Positions 38,401 to 53,400 of a stretch of DNA of 64,000 nucleotides are shown piece after piece. The position numbers and the translations under genes were made by a program. The notes under the pieces were generated by a model, which did no database searches, was not told the origin of the DNA, and saw only the letters and a list, made by a program, of their open reading frames with translations. Source of the stretch: Catajapyx aquilonaris (Eukaryota). The stretch lies in contig KZ538451.1 of the NCBI GenBank assembly GCA_000934665.2, forward strand, positions 1-64,000, written 5' to 3'. The number at the start of each line of letters is the position of its first letter. Within the stretch, counting starts at the first letter, position 1.

Positions 38401-41400
38401 CCTCTTAGTGTTTGAAAGATCCTGATGCAACGGCCACACAGTACGGTACATTCATTCTATGCCAAGGAAGGAAACCACTCGCTTCAAGTGACAGCTGGAC
38501 GACTTAGAAACATTTTAATGCCCATTCAGCAGGATGCACCATAAGTAACCCAATATTACTGCCTAAGACGTCAGACATCTAGTGCAATGACCTTCAGCAC
38601 ACAGTGAGAGCAGTGTGCCCGTAGAATTTTAGATCATGTTGACACTCTGTCTAAGGTATGCGGGGTGGGCAGTGTAACTTCCGCAGAATGGGGAATGTGG
38701 AGCGATTCCTTGACCTATCCCAAGACCAAAATGTCGTTCATCGTTTGTGGCTAACAGGTCTAATTAAGGCGTGTGGCCCCAATTAAGTTTTGGTGGCTGA
38801 CTTCCTAAGCGAATTATGGAGAATATCCTGCTGGTTAGTTGGATGTTAGCCATATTTGGCAGGCTACTATCCTCATAGACGTTTGGGTTTAGGAAAGGGC
38901 AGAAATGTCTAAAAATATTATTGGACAGGCGGAAGATGTCTAATGTTGAATTGAGGGGTACTGGGCATTTTGGGATTAGTAATATCAATTTGGAAAGTTC
39001 TTCTATAAAAATAACTCTTACTGGGTCCAACTGTCATGTAATGTCCCTCCTTCCTCCTTCCTCTAGCTACCTTCCCTTCCAAAAAAAAAATGGTGACATG
39101 TATGCAAGGTACCGCAGGGCCGTGCGGGGCTTTTCGGGGCCGTCGCTTTTTCTGGGATCCATTCATTATTCAGTCCCTTAGGCCACGGGGCCTTATCACG
39201 GAAACAGGGCTCTTCGCGTGCTGTACCGCTGACTATATACTGTACCTACCTTCTCCCAAAGTACTGTAGTCTCTCTGTGCACTAATTATTTAGGACAAAC
39301 GGAAGCCATGTCTGCACAAAGACAAATGTTTGCCCCGCTATTCAACGCTTCGCTACCGTGTCCATTTACGTGTTCATGTGTTTCTGTGGGTGTAAAATTG
39401 CTATTGTCGGGTTCGGTAGAGCAGAAAGAGGACGGACATTAACATTACACAGTCCTTCCGCGTCGGAGAACCACGAATTGACGCAAAGTAGCAAGCTATG
39501 ACGTCCAGAGGGAGCTCAGGTAGTGGGACGATGACTCGTGCGCAGACAGGTCATGTTTTGAAGTCTTCCCTTTGAGCTGCAGATATCTTGCGATCGGTTT
39601 CTTTCAAAGCCTATGAATGGGGCCATATTTTCCCACATTTTCAATGGAACTGTAGTTATTGAAAGAGGAAATCAGCAATCAAACTCTTCTTATGTAGTTA
39701 TAAATAGAAACGGTGCATAAATATAACGCCAAAAAGTTGCGGGAGTCAATTCAAAATTTAACCAGAATTGAGCGATCAATAAATGGTGTCTAAATCAGGT
39801 GTGTGAAACTAAAAATATACAGGTCATGTTGCACGCTGCGGTCAACAATTGAAGCACGCATCAGATTATTGATAGGCATATGAGAGAGGTAGCTCGTGGA
39901 CAGTTTACCACATGCACATGCCAGCTCTTCGCATTTTATTTCACTGACCTTAAAAACAGCCGCTAAAATATTATGGTGGTCATCTAGCATTAACTACTGT
40001 CGATCATTAACATTTGATTGAATTCTGAATTTATTACTACATGTCACCTTGTCAATTAATATTCTATATACTGTAATACTGGACTGACACATAGCCTGTA
40101 CATATACTGTACAATTCAGTATTAGGCAAAGGTTAATTTTAACGAATTACACTAATAATTCTACTTTGTCAGTGTGAAAACTGCACTAATATCCTGCTTT
40201 ACAGTTATTAAAATACGACCCCCGATGATACTCATAACCTGCCTTTTACTCGATTGTTGTCCCCGTTACCCTGCCTGTCCCCCATAACAATAAAAATGGC
40301 GCGATAAACTTGGTGTATGCTGTAAATGGCACTAATGATCAAACAACAGAGCTTGTTGATCAAACACTGGGCCCAAATTGAATGTTTAATTTCCCAATCC
40401 TGTGCTCACTTGCAGTCACGCAGATAGATTCGACGCAACGGATATAAAATCAGTCCAGGCCACATGTCGACAAGAAAAATCGCCGTAATTTTATTTAATT
40501 GGCGCAATTACGACCGGACCCCTGCATCCGCTTTTGCACGATTCTCCCAGCAAAAATGACGTGTCGATTTCATGCTGCCCAACTTTTGTTTTCAATTATT
40601 TGGTTGCGTACTCCATGATTAATAAACGTGAGGGTTATTCGTTATATGCACTGCAACGAGGCTAATTTTTTGTGTGTGCGGTTACAGATGCATGCAAGGG
40701 ACAGAGAGGCCATTTTCATCACTTAGAGTGGCGGTCCCTCTGGTGGTCAGCCTCATTTTAGGCGGATTGGCAACACTGGCCAAGGAACCTGGAATCACTG
40801 TGCTGGCCATCAATTCCCTCTACGATATCTCATGCTACCTGCACAATTACGAGAGGTAGGCATCATATTTTAAATGGTTACGTTTATATCCATCTTATGG
40901 AGTCAATAAACAGGGACATAATTTTTATAATTTATTGTCAGCTAAAATTACTGATACAGTTCCATGCTGGAACGTCTTGGACCTTCTCGGCTGTTTCAAA
41001 AGTGATAATTTAAGCCTGTTTTCATGGTTCATGCTCATGTGTCACAGCCATGACTCTAGTTCCATAAACATTTCCATATTTGACAAATTCCAGGCCCAGA
41101 ACAGTTGATAGAAGAGGCCCCAAGGAGACATCAGCTCTTTGCACCAGATTGGGAGTGACTGCAGTCAGTGTAAGTCCACACGCGTTTCTTCTTTCATTTG
41201 TTTTCGTGAGTGTCCGGTTTCCCTGCTCCCCCTGGGGAGATTTTTTGATTAGCAATCCGAGGGAACATGGCGCCGATTATTTTTCCCCGGGCCTCATTTT
41301 GCAGGTGACGAATAGCTTATGATCCCAGTAATGAATGTCCCCATTAAATTTTGCTGAGGGAAAAGGAATCGCCTGCGAGATTGTGCCAAGTCCTCTTTCT

Positions 41401-44400
41401 GCCCGGACCACTAATTGAACAAAAGTTCTTTTTAGGGGGGTGCAAGATTTATTGGAAGGGGGAATATTTTTCCTCTACTTCTAAAAAAAATTCTTGTGCG
41501 TCCGATTAATTATTTCTTTTCTGTCCTCAAAAGGCGTCCTTCTTGCTGAGTGTACGACTGGCGCTTATGAAAGGTACCATGCCCAGATTTACTGAGCAGG
41601 ACAACCCGGCTTTCTTCGCACCGGATTTCCTGACCAGGTATTGTGCGAATCATTCTTTTTTTTTACTGTATAGTGCCTCTGGTTGTCAACATATTTGGGG
41701 AGAGAAAAGATCTGTACTTTAACATATGAGCTAACAGGCGACCATTATTTGAAAATAATATTACTGTATATGTAGTACCAGAGATGCCATCTATTAACCG
41801 GGTTGGAGAGTTATTATTCACACAGAAAAATGGCCGCGTCAGGTGACACGCTATGGTAGTCAGGTGACGATATCCAGTTTGACTCGCCAAGCAGAGTCAG
41901 TGCACTCTCCAAACAAGTCGCCTGACACCTCAGGGGAGTCAAATTACCACCCCTCCCCGAACTGCTCTGACTTTCCTGGCGGGTCCACTGATGACCCTGG
42001 GGAGTCCCTCGACCATCCTGGCGAGTCAAAGGACCACCCCTCCCCGAACTGCTCCGAACCCCAGGAGCTCCTCCGGAACCTAACCGGGTCATCAGTGGAC
42101 CCGCCAGGATAGTCAGAGCAGTTCGGGGAGGGGTGGTCCTTTGACTCCCCTGAGGTGTCAGGCGACTTGTTTGGAGAGTGAACTGACTCTGCTTGGTGAG
42201 TCAAACTGGATATCGTCACCTGACTACCATAGCGTGTCACCTGACGCGGCCATTTTTCTGTGTGATAGTGAAATGATATTTTGCACCAACAGTTTAGCCA
42301 TTAGCATGATATTTCCCATATATTCAACTTGGAACCTTTCGTTGGTCTCATCTTTCTAATACAGTTAGCGTACAATGGTGGGCATATTGGAAGGCCCAAT
42401 ATTCTGACGCAGCATCATTTAGCAGGTGAACATTCCTGCCCTATTCTACCTCTCCTTTGAATTCACATTTTCCTACAAGCCTTGTCCGCATATCTGGGCT
42501 TCCTCCTCACCTTCTGAATGCCGCTCTAACAACAATCGATCAATTCCCCACCCTTGTCCTCCCACTTCGACCAACTACTTGTTGCAAACCCTCCATGATT
42601 ACTCTCCGGAATAGTAATAGAATACCAATACAAATCGGTCCAGTTCGAGAGAAACCCGCATTAAAATCAGTGATATTTCGCGCCCAATTAGTATCCGGAA
42701 ATTCCCTGGATCATGCTCAATCCCGCATTAAATGAAGGGATTAAGACAAGCAATGCCTGGGAGGGTTGGTAGGGGTGGGAGGTAGTTATATACTTGAGAG
42801 GCATTGAGGGATTAAGTGGCCTGTTTTCACAGGGCTTTTCCCTACAGGACATGGGCTTAATGCTTCTTGCTAATATTTGCGGCCGGGAAATACACCGGTT
42901 TAAGTGCCGACTTTATTTGGCCGGTAATCCCAGACTTTGGGCTGAAATGGCCCCCTAAGTGGTATTTTTTTGTTATATTCTGGACAATCACGGGGTGGTC
43001 CGGAAGGTTGTTTTCCGGGACCTAGTAATGGGCGCTTACGGTGTGTAATGGTGTCCTCTCTGGAGAGAGGCAGGGAGAGGGGGGGAAAAAAGTCCAGTTT
43101 GCGTTAGGCCTGTGCTGGAGGATGGATACAAGCCACATCAAAACCTTTGATGGGGCGGAATTATTTTGGGGTGCAATTCGACCCCACTATTTACCCACCT
43201 CCACTACCAGCCTCTCCCGCCGTACTCTTTTTTTTATCCCTAAAGCCATTGTTAGGTTGAGTGAGTCAGGGGGGCTCTTCAGAGCACATGGTTTAGAGGT
43301 TTATTGGGTTTTGACGCCTTTGATGGACAGGTGATGTTTATTATGTTGTAAATAAGGCATTTTGGAGGGCTGATCAGGCGAATAAAAATGGACATATGGT
43401 TAATATTCATATTCATATTTTAAAAGTGGGCATGAGTGGGTCGGAGCAGGATGAGGTGCGGAAAGGTGCCCGAATGTGCTGCAGAAATGAGGACTGAAAT
43501 AGCTAATATTATTTTCAAACGCTGCAATATGCCAATTATTAGCCTATTCCGATTTGCAGTAGCGGAGTCTGGATTTTTATCTGAACATGACTAGCGAATT
43601 CCGACATAAGTGAAGAGAAAAATTGCTAATTTTTCTCCCAAACGGGAGGCGGGATATTATGCTTTCCCAGCTTTATCTCAGAAATTCCGACAGTGGAAAA
43701 TATGTGACTTTCGCATCATATGACATACTGTCCGAACTGTGACTATACACGAGACAGAGAAAATCAGCACTGCTCCAACCCTCCAAGTTTAATTATGAAT
43801 TACAGTGTACAAAAATAATTCCGCCAGTCACAGACAGGACACCAGGTAGACTGGAAATTATGGATGGTGAACGGTACCTGAAATATTAGTCAAACTAGTG
43901 TTTACTGCAGCAATTCGTAGGCTACCCTGAAAGCAAAACTCATCCGCTAAATATTTCTCCCAATCGTCGCACCGCTCCGCTCACAGTAAAATACAGCCCT
44001 CATGCATGCATAGTGGTACAACTAGACGTACCACCGTGTCACCGCATGAACACTCCCCCACTCACAACCAGCCTGAACGAATGAATGAACCGCGTACTGT
44101 CCGACTGCAGGTTCCTCAGCCTGTCGTACCTTCCTTCCCTGAATGCGGGCCTGTTGCTGCACCCTGTCCGCCTGAGCTACGACTGGCAGCTGGGCTCGGT
44201 ACCGTTGCTCCGATCGGGCTGGGACTCGCGCATGCCCCAACTCCTGGCCTTCTACGTCGCCGTCGCCACGCTTCTCGCCGCGGCCCTCCTCGCCAGATCA
44301 CAACAGGTGAGACATTACTCCCACGTGTTTGTCGCGCGATCCCAGGGTGGGATTAGGCCACTGGGATGTTGGAATCGAACCATTTTGCATTGATCACCAT

Positions 44401-47400
44401 CAGAGTCAAAGCTAGAATTTCAGACATCATTCGCTTTAATGTTGCGGAGGTAGAGGTCCACACTGACTATATTTTTAATGTGATGATGATAATGATGACA
44501 TTATTTCGTTTTTATCCTTGAGGCACCAATTTTCGATTTTGTCACATGCCTGGTTGTGCCAATAAGGTATAAGGCCCTCAAGTCATTTCAATTGAGAAGG
44601 TATCAATGACTTCCTTGGAAATAAATGATGCATTCTCATCTACAGGTTTCTACTTAAACGCAGGGGTGGGCAAACTTTTTGCTATGTGGGGCATATAAGA
44701 CCAAATTTCTAAAAAGGTTTTTAAAAACATTTTAAATAAAAATCAATGTGAATGAGACAAACTGTCGTCGTTTATGATTTTATTCTTTAACCAAACATTT
44801 ATTTACATTCATTTTTTTAAATTCATAATTTTGCTTTTATTTAAAATGGTTTTGTTATTTACACTAGCCATTTTATGGGTATTTAGCTAATGTTATAGAT
44901 TTTTAGAGAATTTACGTAAATTTACTTAATGTAAAATATTATTTAAAATAATGGGTAAGTAACATTACTTTCTTAGTTCAAAAAATAGTTAAATGAAAGT
45001 TTTTCAAATTTTTTTTCAAAAATTTTAAGAATTCCAAAATTTGTGCTCGGGTCGTAGTTTGCCGTATAGTTTGCCCACCCCTGACTTAAAGGGAAGAAAA
45101 ACCTTCATATACCCCCATTATAAAACCAGTTTTTAATTAATAATAACGTCTTGCAGTATAGTCACTGACATGAGATTTATACCTGGGAATATTGATTGTG
45201 GCACAAGCCTATAGAGTTCCATTATTGAGCCTCATATGATCACTGTTGTGTAGACGTGGCATGAGACGCAACCTGTTGCTAAGAAAAATATCCTGGAAGG
45301 TATGCTTTCCTCGGGTCGATTGCGCCTTTTCAATTGAAAACAACAATTAATTTACCTTGCAGTTTCATTTAAATGGTGACATAATTAGGTGTAGAATGTA
45401 GTTGCCCAAGCAGACAGTGGAAGTGCGACGGGCTGGCACTGAGCTAAAAACTGCCCGTTTGTACTTAATTTTTCATTAACGAAGCTGCGGCGGCCAAATG
45501 ACTCATCAACATAAAATGATCCTCAGGAATGCACCCTATGGGTTGATCGGTATTATTACGAACCACCCTGTATGCACACAGTACGATGCGTAATCCCCTG
45601 GTAGTGCCATTAGTTCATTGCCATTTTTGTTATTGCAAAACGATCGTCTAGTATAATTAGGAGTAAATAATTATCTTCTCATAATTATGGCATAGGAAAG
45701 ATTTCTTGGACCACACGGTGTACTTCAGTACAGTACTTGCATGTGTCTTATACCGTGTGCCAAAGATGGACTTCTAAAAATTAAGATCATAAATGTACTA
45801 ATAAAGAAAATAACTGTCACATACCATAACGCAACTAAAGAATACTATCAGCCAAAATTAGTTTACTATTGCACTAATTCATTTTTCCCTACATCCTTTG
45901 AGTCATGCATGTTGAAACTCACAGGATATAGCCTACGAACGAACCCGTCCTCCCTTCTACATCTTTGTCACCCAGCCCTAATAAGCATAAAAGCCAAAAT
46001 GATTTCACAGACAACAAGATCTGACCTTTCATGCAAGCATTAGGCCCAAAACATTCCAAATACGCTAAGAGCGCTGTAAAGCTAATGAAATTCTTAGCAA
46101 CATATCCACGATTGTAAAGCCCCTAACTACAATCCCCCACCCCACCCCACCCCCATGCATCTATGAAGCAAGACGTAATCACCGTAATTCGTCCCTCAGT
46201 CGTGTTGACCTCCGCCTGACTGCTAATATTCCTTGTTGAGTTTCTGGCCAACAGAAGCAATTCCCTTAATGCAGTCTGCTAGGCTTTTGGTCGGTGAGAA
46301 CCAGGTCGCAGGGTGGGGGATGGAGGACTGGGGGAGAAGGGAGGGGACTGGTGGGGGGTACTGGTTTGTAATTGCCTTCGAATTACTGTACACATTTGCA
46401 CAATGGGCCGAGACACGCACGTGGAGTGTTCAGGAAAAGACAAGGGCTCATTTCCTANNNNNNNNNNNNNNNNNNGGGGGGGGGGACTACGACCGACCGA
46501 ATATTGAGGCAAGTGCCGCCGGGGACCTACGCGTCTGATTGAAGACTGAATAATTGCAGACCGAGTAATTATCAGGTCGGTCCCCGTGTTGAATTGCCTG
46601 AAGATCTCTACTTTTTGGATTGTTCTGTTTGGCAGAGGCAGGGGATGGTGGTGGCCATGCTGTTTCTGGTCTTGCCCTTCATGCCAGCAGCAAATCTCTT
46701 CTTTCCGGTTGGGTTCGTGTTGGCTGAGAGGGTCCTCTACGTGCCCAGGTAATTATTCTCTACTTATTAAGTAATGAGTGGCCTTCAGTTACAATCAGGC
46801 GACAAAACCATTCTATCCTGACTTTTGGCATTCATGGAGTTTTGGAATACTGACGCAAGAATTTCGATCTGAAATGGCGCCCTCATGACACATACGTATA
46901 GTTGCAAAAATAAACTTATTTCGTAATAATGGATTGATCTAACTGTTCTTGCTTATTTATATAGCTCGATAACGCAATTTGGCCTACTGTGATAAGACAG
47001 GGGGGAAAGCGATGGTATCAACAAGCAGATACTCGTATTAATTCTCTATATTTGGAAACGTCATCCCCAGACATCTCAATGCCTGATAAAGTCAAGTCAC
47101 ATGGACACAATGCGGAATGACTTAAGTACAACCTTTCGCAAGGTATCAAACTGCTGCACTATGTCTTTAAGGTCAATTTATTTATAGGAAAAAACTGAAC
47201 CAAAAGAATCAATATTTATCTCAATGTACTGGTCCTGATATTGTTGCCAGGTAAGCCAACATGCAAAGAGGCATAGTACAGTAATATTTCAGTTCAGATA
47301 TCAGTCCCGCTCATAAAGAATGGTACGACTTTATGGACGACGTGTTCATTCTGACTATCCAGCATTATTCCCAACCTGATTTCGTCGCGACATTATATGG

Positions 47401-50400
47401 ACAACTTGTCCTAGATCTCTGGCGACCCATATGACCCCCTCCCGACTTTTTCCGAAATTTTTTATTGCCAAAATGTTCAACATGGTAGCCTACAATGCTT
47501 ATACACATAGATATGAGATGAATAATGTCCACCCTTAAATTTTCTTACTTTGCCTTAATTTTTTCTTCTTTTTTCATGATTTTAATTGCCTTTTCCGAGC
47601 CTTCCTCATGACCCCTAAAAACATGCTGGTGACCCAGGGGTTGGGAACAGAATAAACATTTTGTCCGGATAGAGTCGTGCCATTCTTTATGAGCGGTACT
47701 GACAGTATCAGAGTGTGTCCTGATATTACTAGTTTGGTTCCATTTAACGGAAACTAATAGGGTGTATTTAAAAACCTTTGCAAAAACTTATTAATATTTC
47801 CCATTAGCAGCTTTTACCTTTCTTCCTTTGTAAATTGTGCCTTAGGAGACAATATGCATTAAATCTGGCCCCATGTAGTTGTCATATACCGTATGGAACA
47901 AAGCCTACTGTATTTTTTTTAAAAAAAATCTATTACAGTTTAGGCTTCTGCCTGTTAGTGGCCCTCGGACTAGACAGGTTATTATCATTGGACACCAACT
48001 TAAGACATCAGCCCTCAGGTCAGATCAAGCGGAAGCTCAAGATGCTGTCAAGCATACGTGGTCTGGTCACCACCGGTTTCGTATTCCTCCTAGTCATCAT
48101 GGCCGTACGTACCGTGCACCGAAACAACGTATGGTACTCCCGAGAAACCCTGTTCAGGTAAGGCCCAAACACCTGTCATCTGCTTGTTAACAACTTAATC
48201 CTCCCCATATCCCCCCTTCTCTTGTTGTGACGGCACGTTGCAAGGAGTTTCCTGGGGCACCGTTCAAATGAAAGGTCTGTTGACAATCCGGGAGGTTGGC
48301 CCGGGTGTGAAATTAATAGGCCCGGCTACCTGTTTACAACGGCCTTCCCCCGGTGTAGATGCAATCGGCGTCGCTTTGATGAAACCCGAGCCCGACACGC
48401 ACGCACTTCCCCGTCCATGCCAAAAAGGCGGCACGAAATCTCTCAAGTCAATACTTGTTCAGGATTTTAGCAATACTGCACACAGTGGATAAGGGAAGTT
48501 ATTGTGTGGTAACAAGGCGGATTTTCCGAACGTGTTGTAGATAATTGTGGGTATTAGTGTGTTTACATGACGGCCTGTGTTTTTCGGATCCTTTCTTTGC
48601 ATGGGATGTCATTCATGGGCGTAGCCAGGGGGGCAGTGGGGGGCAGCTGCCCCCCTAAATCTCAGAGAAGTGCAGAAAAACGGGGGGGGGGGGGNNNNNN
48701 NNNNNNNNNNNNNNNNNNNNNNNNNNNNNNNNNNNNNNNNNNNNNNNNNNNNNNNNNNNNNNNNNNNNNNNNNNNNNNNNNNNNNNNNNNNNNNNNNNNN
48801 NNNNNNNNNNNNCCCCCCCCCCCCTAACCTAAATCCTGGCTACGCTCATGATGTCATTAGTAACATTCAAGGGTCAAATTTTCTTTCCCATTCATAAATG
48901 TATGTACTCGTAGAACTGCAGCGTAAGTTTAAATTCGAGCTTATCAAAGAGTAGGCTACATGTCACATAGTGTTCCTCTTTCATGCGTAGAAGTAGGTTG
49001 AGGCCAACTTTTCTTCCTTCCTCCTCACCCCCAACTCCCACCGAAGAGCGGCTGTAAACCCAACTTTTCAAGTCTACTCTTACCGGAACAGGTCTGGTCT
49101 GAGAGACGTTCCGGGCAACGCCAAAGTTCACTACAACTACGGCAACCTTCAGAGGGATTTGGGCAAGTGGGAATTGGCAAAGGAGCACTACCAAACGGCT
49201 CTTCGGTAAGTAGTCGAGAGAGAACCTGATCTTTCCTGATGGGGGTAAACCTCCGACTCCCACTTTAGCGGATTCTGGAGAGCACCACGTGGCGTCGTGA
49301 TACCCCTCCTCCTTTCCCCCTCCAAGGATTTGTTTTGCAGATTTGGAGTGGTCCTATATGTCTTGGCGTCTCCTATAGCGACGCACCCCCACCTCCTCCA
49401 TCTATATTGCAGGCTGTGGCCAAACTACGCGAGCGCTCACAACAACTTGGGAACCTTGTTGGGCAACGGATCCCAAGCCGAAGACCACTTCCTCAGCGCC
49501 ATTTTGGCCAATCCGGAGCACTCAGGGGCGCATTACAACTTGGCGCTCATCTATATGTAAGTTGCATTATTTTCACTGCATGTGATCGTTTCAGAAGCCT
49601 TGATTCTTGAGGGACAGGATAGATGAACATTCAGGGGTGCCACTTTTGCAAAAAATGCTATACATGCTAATGATGATATAATGATGCTTTTTGGTCAGTT
49701 CATTTTAAATTAAATCTACAGGGTGACCCTAAAGTCTGTACACATAGGTAATAGTACCTGGCGACCAAGAGTACAATACAATATTACCTAATGGAGAGAC
49801 TGTTTAGCAAAAATATGACGAGGTAATCTTTAAATACTCATGGTGGAATTTTCGTCCCACTGATAGTTACTACTAACTTAGCAGTAGACCATTGCCAAAC
49901 ACTGGTACTGCTAAGTTAGCAGTAACTATCAGTGAGACGAAAATTCCACCTTGTATAACTATTTGCTATAATGTGGCAATAATGACATTTTCCATAAAGA
50001 CCTGATAGGCCGTTCGCTTCAATTATTTAACACGCATATCTGAGGTAACTAACACCCAATGGCAAATGATAGAGAACGTCTAATTCCACTAGTTTCCTTG
50101 AAAATAATTGCATTTGGTCTAAGTGCATACTATAGGTACAGTACATGGTGTGGCAAAAATCAGGACATAAATTCTGGCCTAAACCCTTCATGTAAAAGCA
50201 TATCAGACAGGTTCGCGAACTCGCAGGTGGCAAAGCCAGATAACTGATCGTGCTTCTCATTAACATCTACATAGGAATAAAAATAGATCCGACAGGTTAC
50301 TAAAGGTCACAGTAAAAATGTGCGATCACGTGCCGAAGACAAGGCTAAATTTTTCAACCATTTTTTTTTACCTTTGCTGCCAACCTGTCCGCTGCAAATG

Positions 50401-53400
50401 TAATTAATTATTAACGCAGGCCAGAGGGAATAGCCTGACTTGAATACCTATATGGAGGGAAAAGCAACGCATATATACACTCATGGGTGAACTGTGGACA
50501 GATGCTATCCCGGGAGTGCCTTGAATTCGTGCATTCTAGTCATTAATCACACAGAATATGACAACAGTGCTGAAGCTTTTGGGTGCAATCAATAAGCTAT
50601 ATGCAGGACCCAAAATGTGTGTTTTTGAGTGTGTAAATATTTTTTGGACCATTTTTTTACTTACAGGCGATCTGGACGTGAGGAAGAGGCTATTCTTCTG
50701 CTTCGGAGAGTACTGCAGCTGGATCCGAACAATGTAGAGGCCATGCATAAACTTGGGGCGTGTTTCAACGCTGCCAACAAGACTGAAGAGGCTCAGGTTT
50801 TCTTTTTAGAGTTGGCTGAAACAAGTGATTCCAATCCGGCTGTACTCACCAGTTACGCCTTCTTTCTGGAAAAAATTGGTGAGCGCACTTATTTCCTGAC
50901 ACTCCCACGTGAAGCAAGACATACTCGATTGACATCAATGTGACAGAAGAGTACCCCTTTGGGACTGAATAAAATACCACGGCAGTTTCTAGGTATTAAC
51001 TATATATGACACTATGTCACTGAAAGAGGTAACACCAGATATGTCCAATAAATCAAGCTCACCAGCAATTGAACCCAAAAGAAAAGGTTACAATACCACA
51101 TTATGCTCAAACATGCATCAATAACTGGTGGATGAACTTACACAGGCTAACTACCACCAACTAACGCTAGACTCATGTAAATTAAATTCATTATCATCTC
51201 ATGTTGCAGTAATTATTTAAGCTCACCTTTGGGTGAGCCAAAAAGTTAACAATTGGCACACTGGTAGGGCGGACATCTAATCCTACAATTTAGAACTTGG
51301 GATGACCCACGTTCATTGGCCCAGGTTCATTGGTGTTACAAGAAAATATTCTAACCCACCTCTAGGCGGGCCAGAAAGGCACAAATAGGCACACTGAACT
51401 GAAACTAACCACAAAAGCCCCAGAATATAATAAGTCTAATTTAGGGCTGCCTGAACCAAGCTTCTATAACCGCGAGAAGTGCTCGTATTACTTGATATTA
51501 TAATCAGGAAGTCGAATATTAATAGGATCCAAATTTTATATTTATAAAAAATGCATTAAAATTTATGCATGTTTCTTATTCATGTAAAAATGCAATGCAA
51601 TGGCATTACTTCAAGAGCCCAATCATAAACAACAGGGCATTTACAATACAGACTCATCTTCATATTTTTACAAAAATTGGCACATACTTATAGAGTTATA
51701 GCTAATAGCCCACAGCAGGTGGGAATATTTTCAAGCATAAAATGTCAATAGTCATAAAAATCAAATGACCAATTGTTACAGTATACATACATTAGGACGC
51801 GTTAGGAACACAATTTCGAACAGATGCTGATAAAAGCAGTAGACCTATGCCAACTATTGTATACCGGTGCAAAGCGCCTACTTTTCAAGCGCAAAGAGCA
51901 TTCAGTCAGTTAGGTTTCATTATTTTGTTAACATCATTTACATGCGTAGCTTTTGAAACCAAGTGGAAAGTGCAGCAATTCAGCTAGGAACAATCGTCAG
52001 GTTTTAATTGGTCCAGTTTACAGTCTATTGAGGGAGTTGAGGCAACTGAGCCCAATGGGGCATGGGAACAGGATGAGCTCATGAAAGGAAACGTCATTGC
52101 AGAAAAATAATGCTTCTCGATCAGTAAGTCTTTAAAAATTATCTGTTTGAGAAGGATTGCACATCGAGTGACTGACTTATAATATGACAGGTCTCGGCAA
52201 CCAGTTTACCAATTTTCACCTATCCGGCGCATTTACAAGGTGGTTAAATAATAATTACGCAAAATATATGGATACACATAGACGTCAGCTGAAATGTTAC
52301 AGCAAGTGTTACAGTCACGTCTGAGTTTCCTTCGGGATGGCTTCCCCCTGTATTCATCAGACCATTATTAGAAGGGCAGCCTTGCATGTTTACGTGCACA
52401 TTGTACATTTAACACATGCTGAGCAGCATTAGAACTACTCCGATCCTATACTTTTTTTGTTTATACAAGTATTATTTACCTGTAAAGCACCGTGTGTTTC
52501 CAGCATACAGAAATCCGCCGTAATTCCCCATTTTCCTGCCAATTCTGACCTGGCCTGTTGATGGACCCTCCAGTGCTCCGGTTTTCTGAATCGCTTCCTA
52601 CCATACAGAAAATGCAGAGTGAAATGAAGGAGATGGAAAGCAGATATGCACTACGTAGCCAGGCAGGGTTTCCCAGTCAAAACGCTCATTGAAGCAACCT
52701 TCCCCATTTGAAATCCTCTTACAGCACTATCCCAGATGATATACCCGGATCAAATGCATCGCACGTTGTGCGGAGAGTAATGAATTGAACTCATTTTTTT
52801 CATAAGACAGTAGCACCTGTTCTCAGGTGACGATAAACATTTTGTAACAATGATAACAGTACATGTTTCCCCTTGGGTTCACTGCTGATCTGTAATGCGT
52901 GTGTGGCCTTTCTAGTGGCCCATGAGCCTCTGTAGTTTAGTGGCAGAACACACACTCTTGGAGCGTGAATCTGGGTTCGATTCCCGGCAGAGGCATATGG
53001 GTTCGGGCCACCTGTTGCAACTTACATTGTTACGAGATATAACATATAAAATCAGTAGCAAGGAGCTCATGATAAATAACGCGCGTGTCATCCAAGTGTT
53101 GAAAGATATGATACCAACAATAATTTATGCTACGTATACGGTGCGGTGCTACGAAATCCGGTCTTGAAACAGGAGAATAAAGTGTGGTGGGCATTTTCTG
53201 ATAATACGCAACTGTTTCAAAGGCAAATGTAACAGTAGAGAATGCTTAGATTAATTGTTTTTCTGCACTTCAATCACATTTACACAGGATGCTGCAGTAA
53301 TGTTTGCTTTCCACAGTATTTTCTATGAACTGCCCTGAATCGATAATTTCCTCAAGATTTTTTACGATGTGGCCTCAGAAGCGTTTAGTTTTTCAAGTGA

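Noticed and set aside
41814..42359. Four overlapping ORFs with near-identical peptides on both strands
   Set aside because: Mirror artefact of a palindromic element; same at 4112-4457, 18413-18797 and 19948-20333
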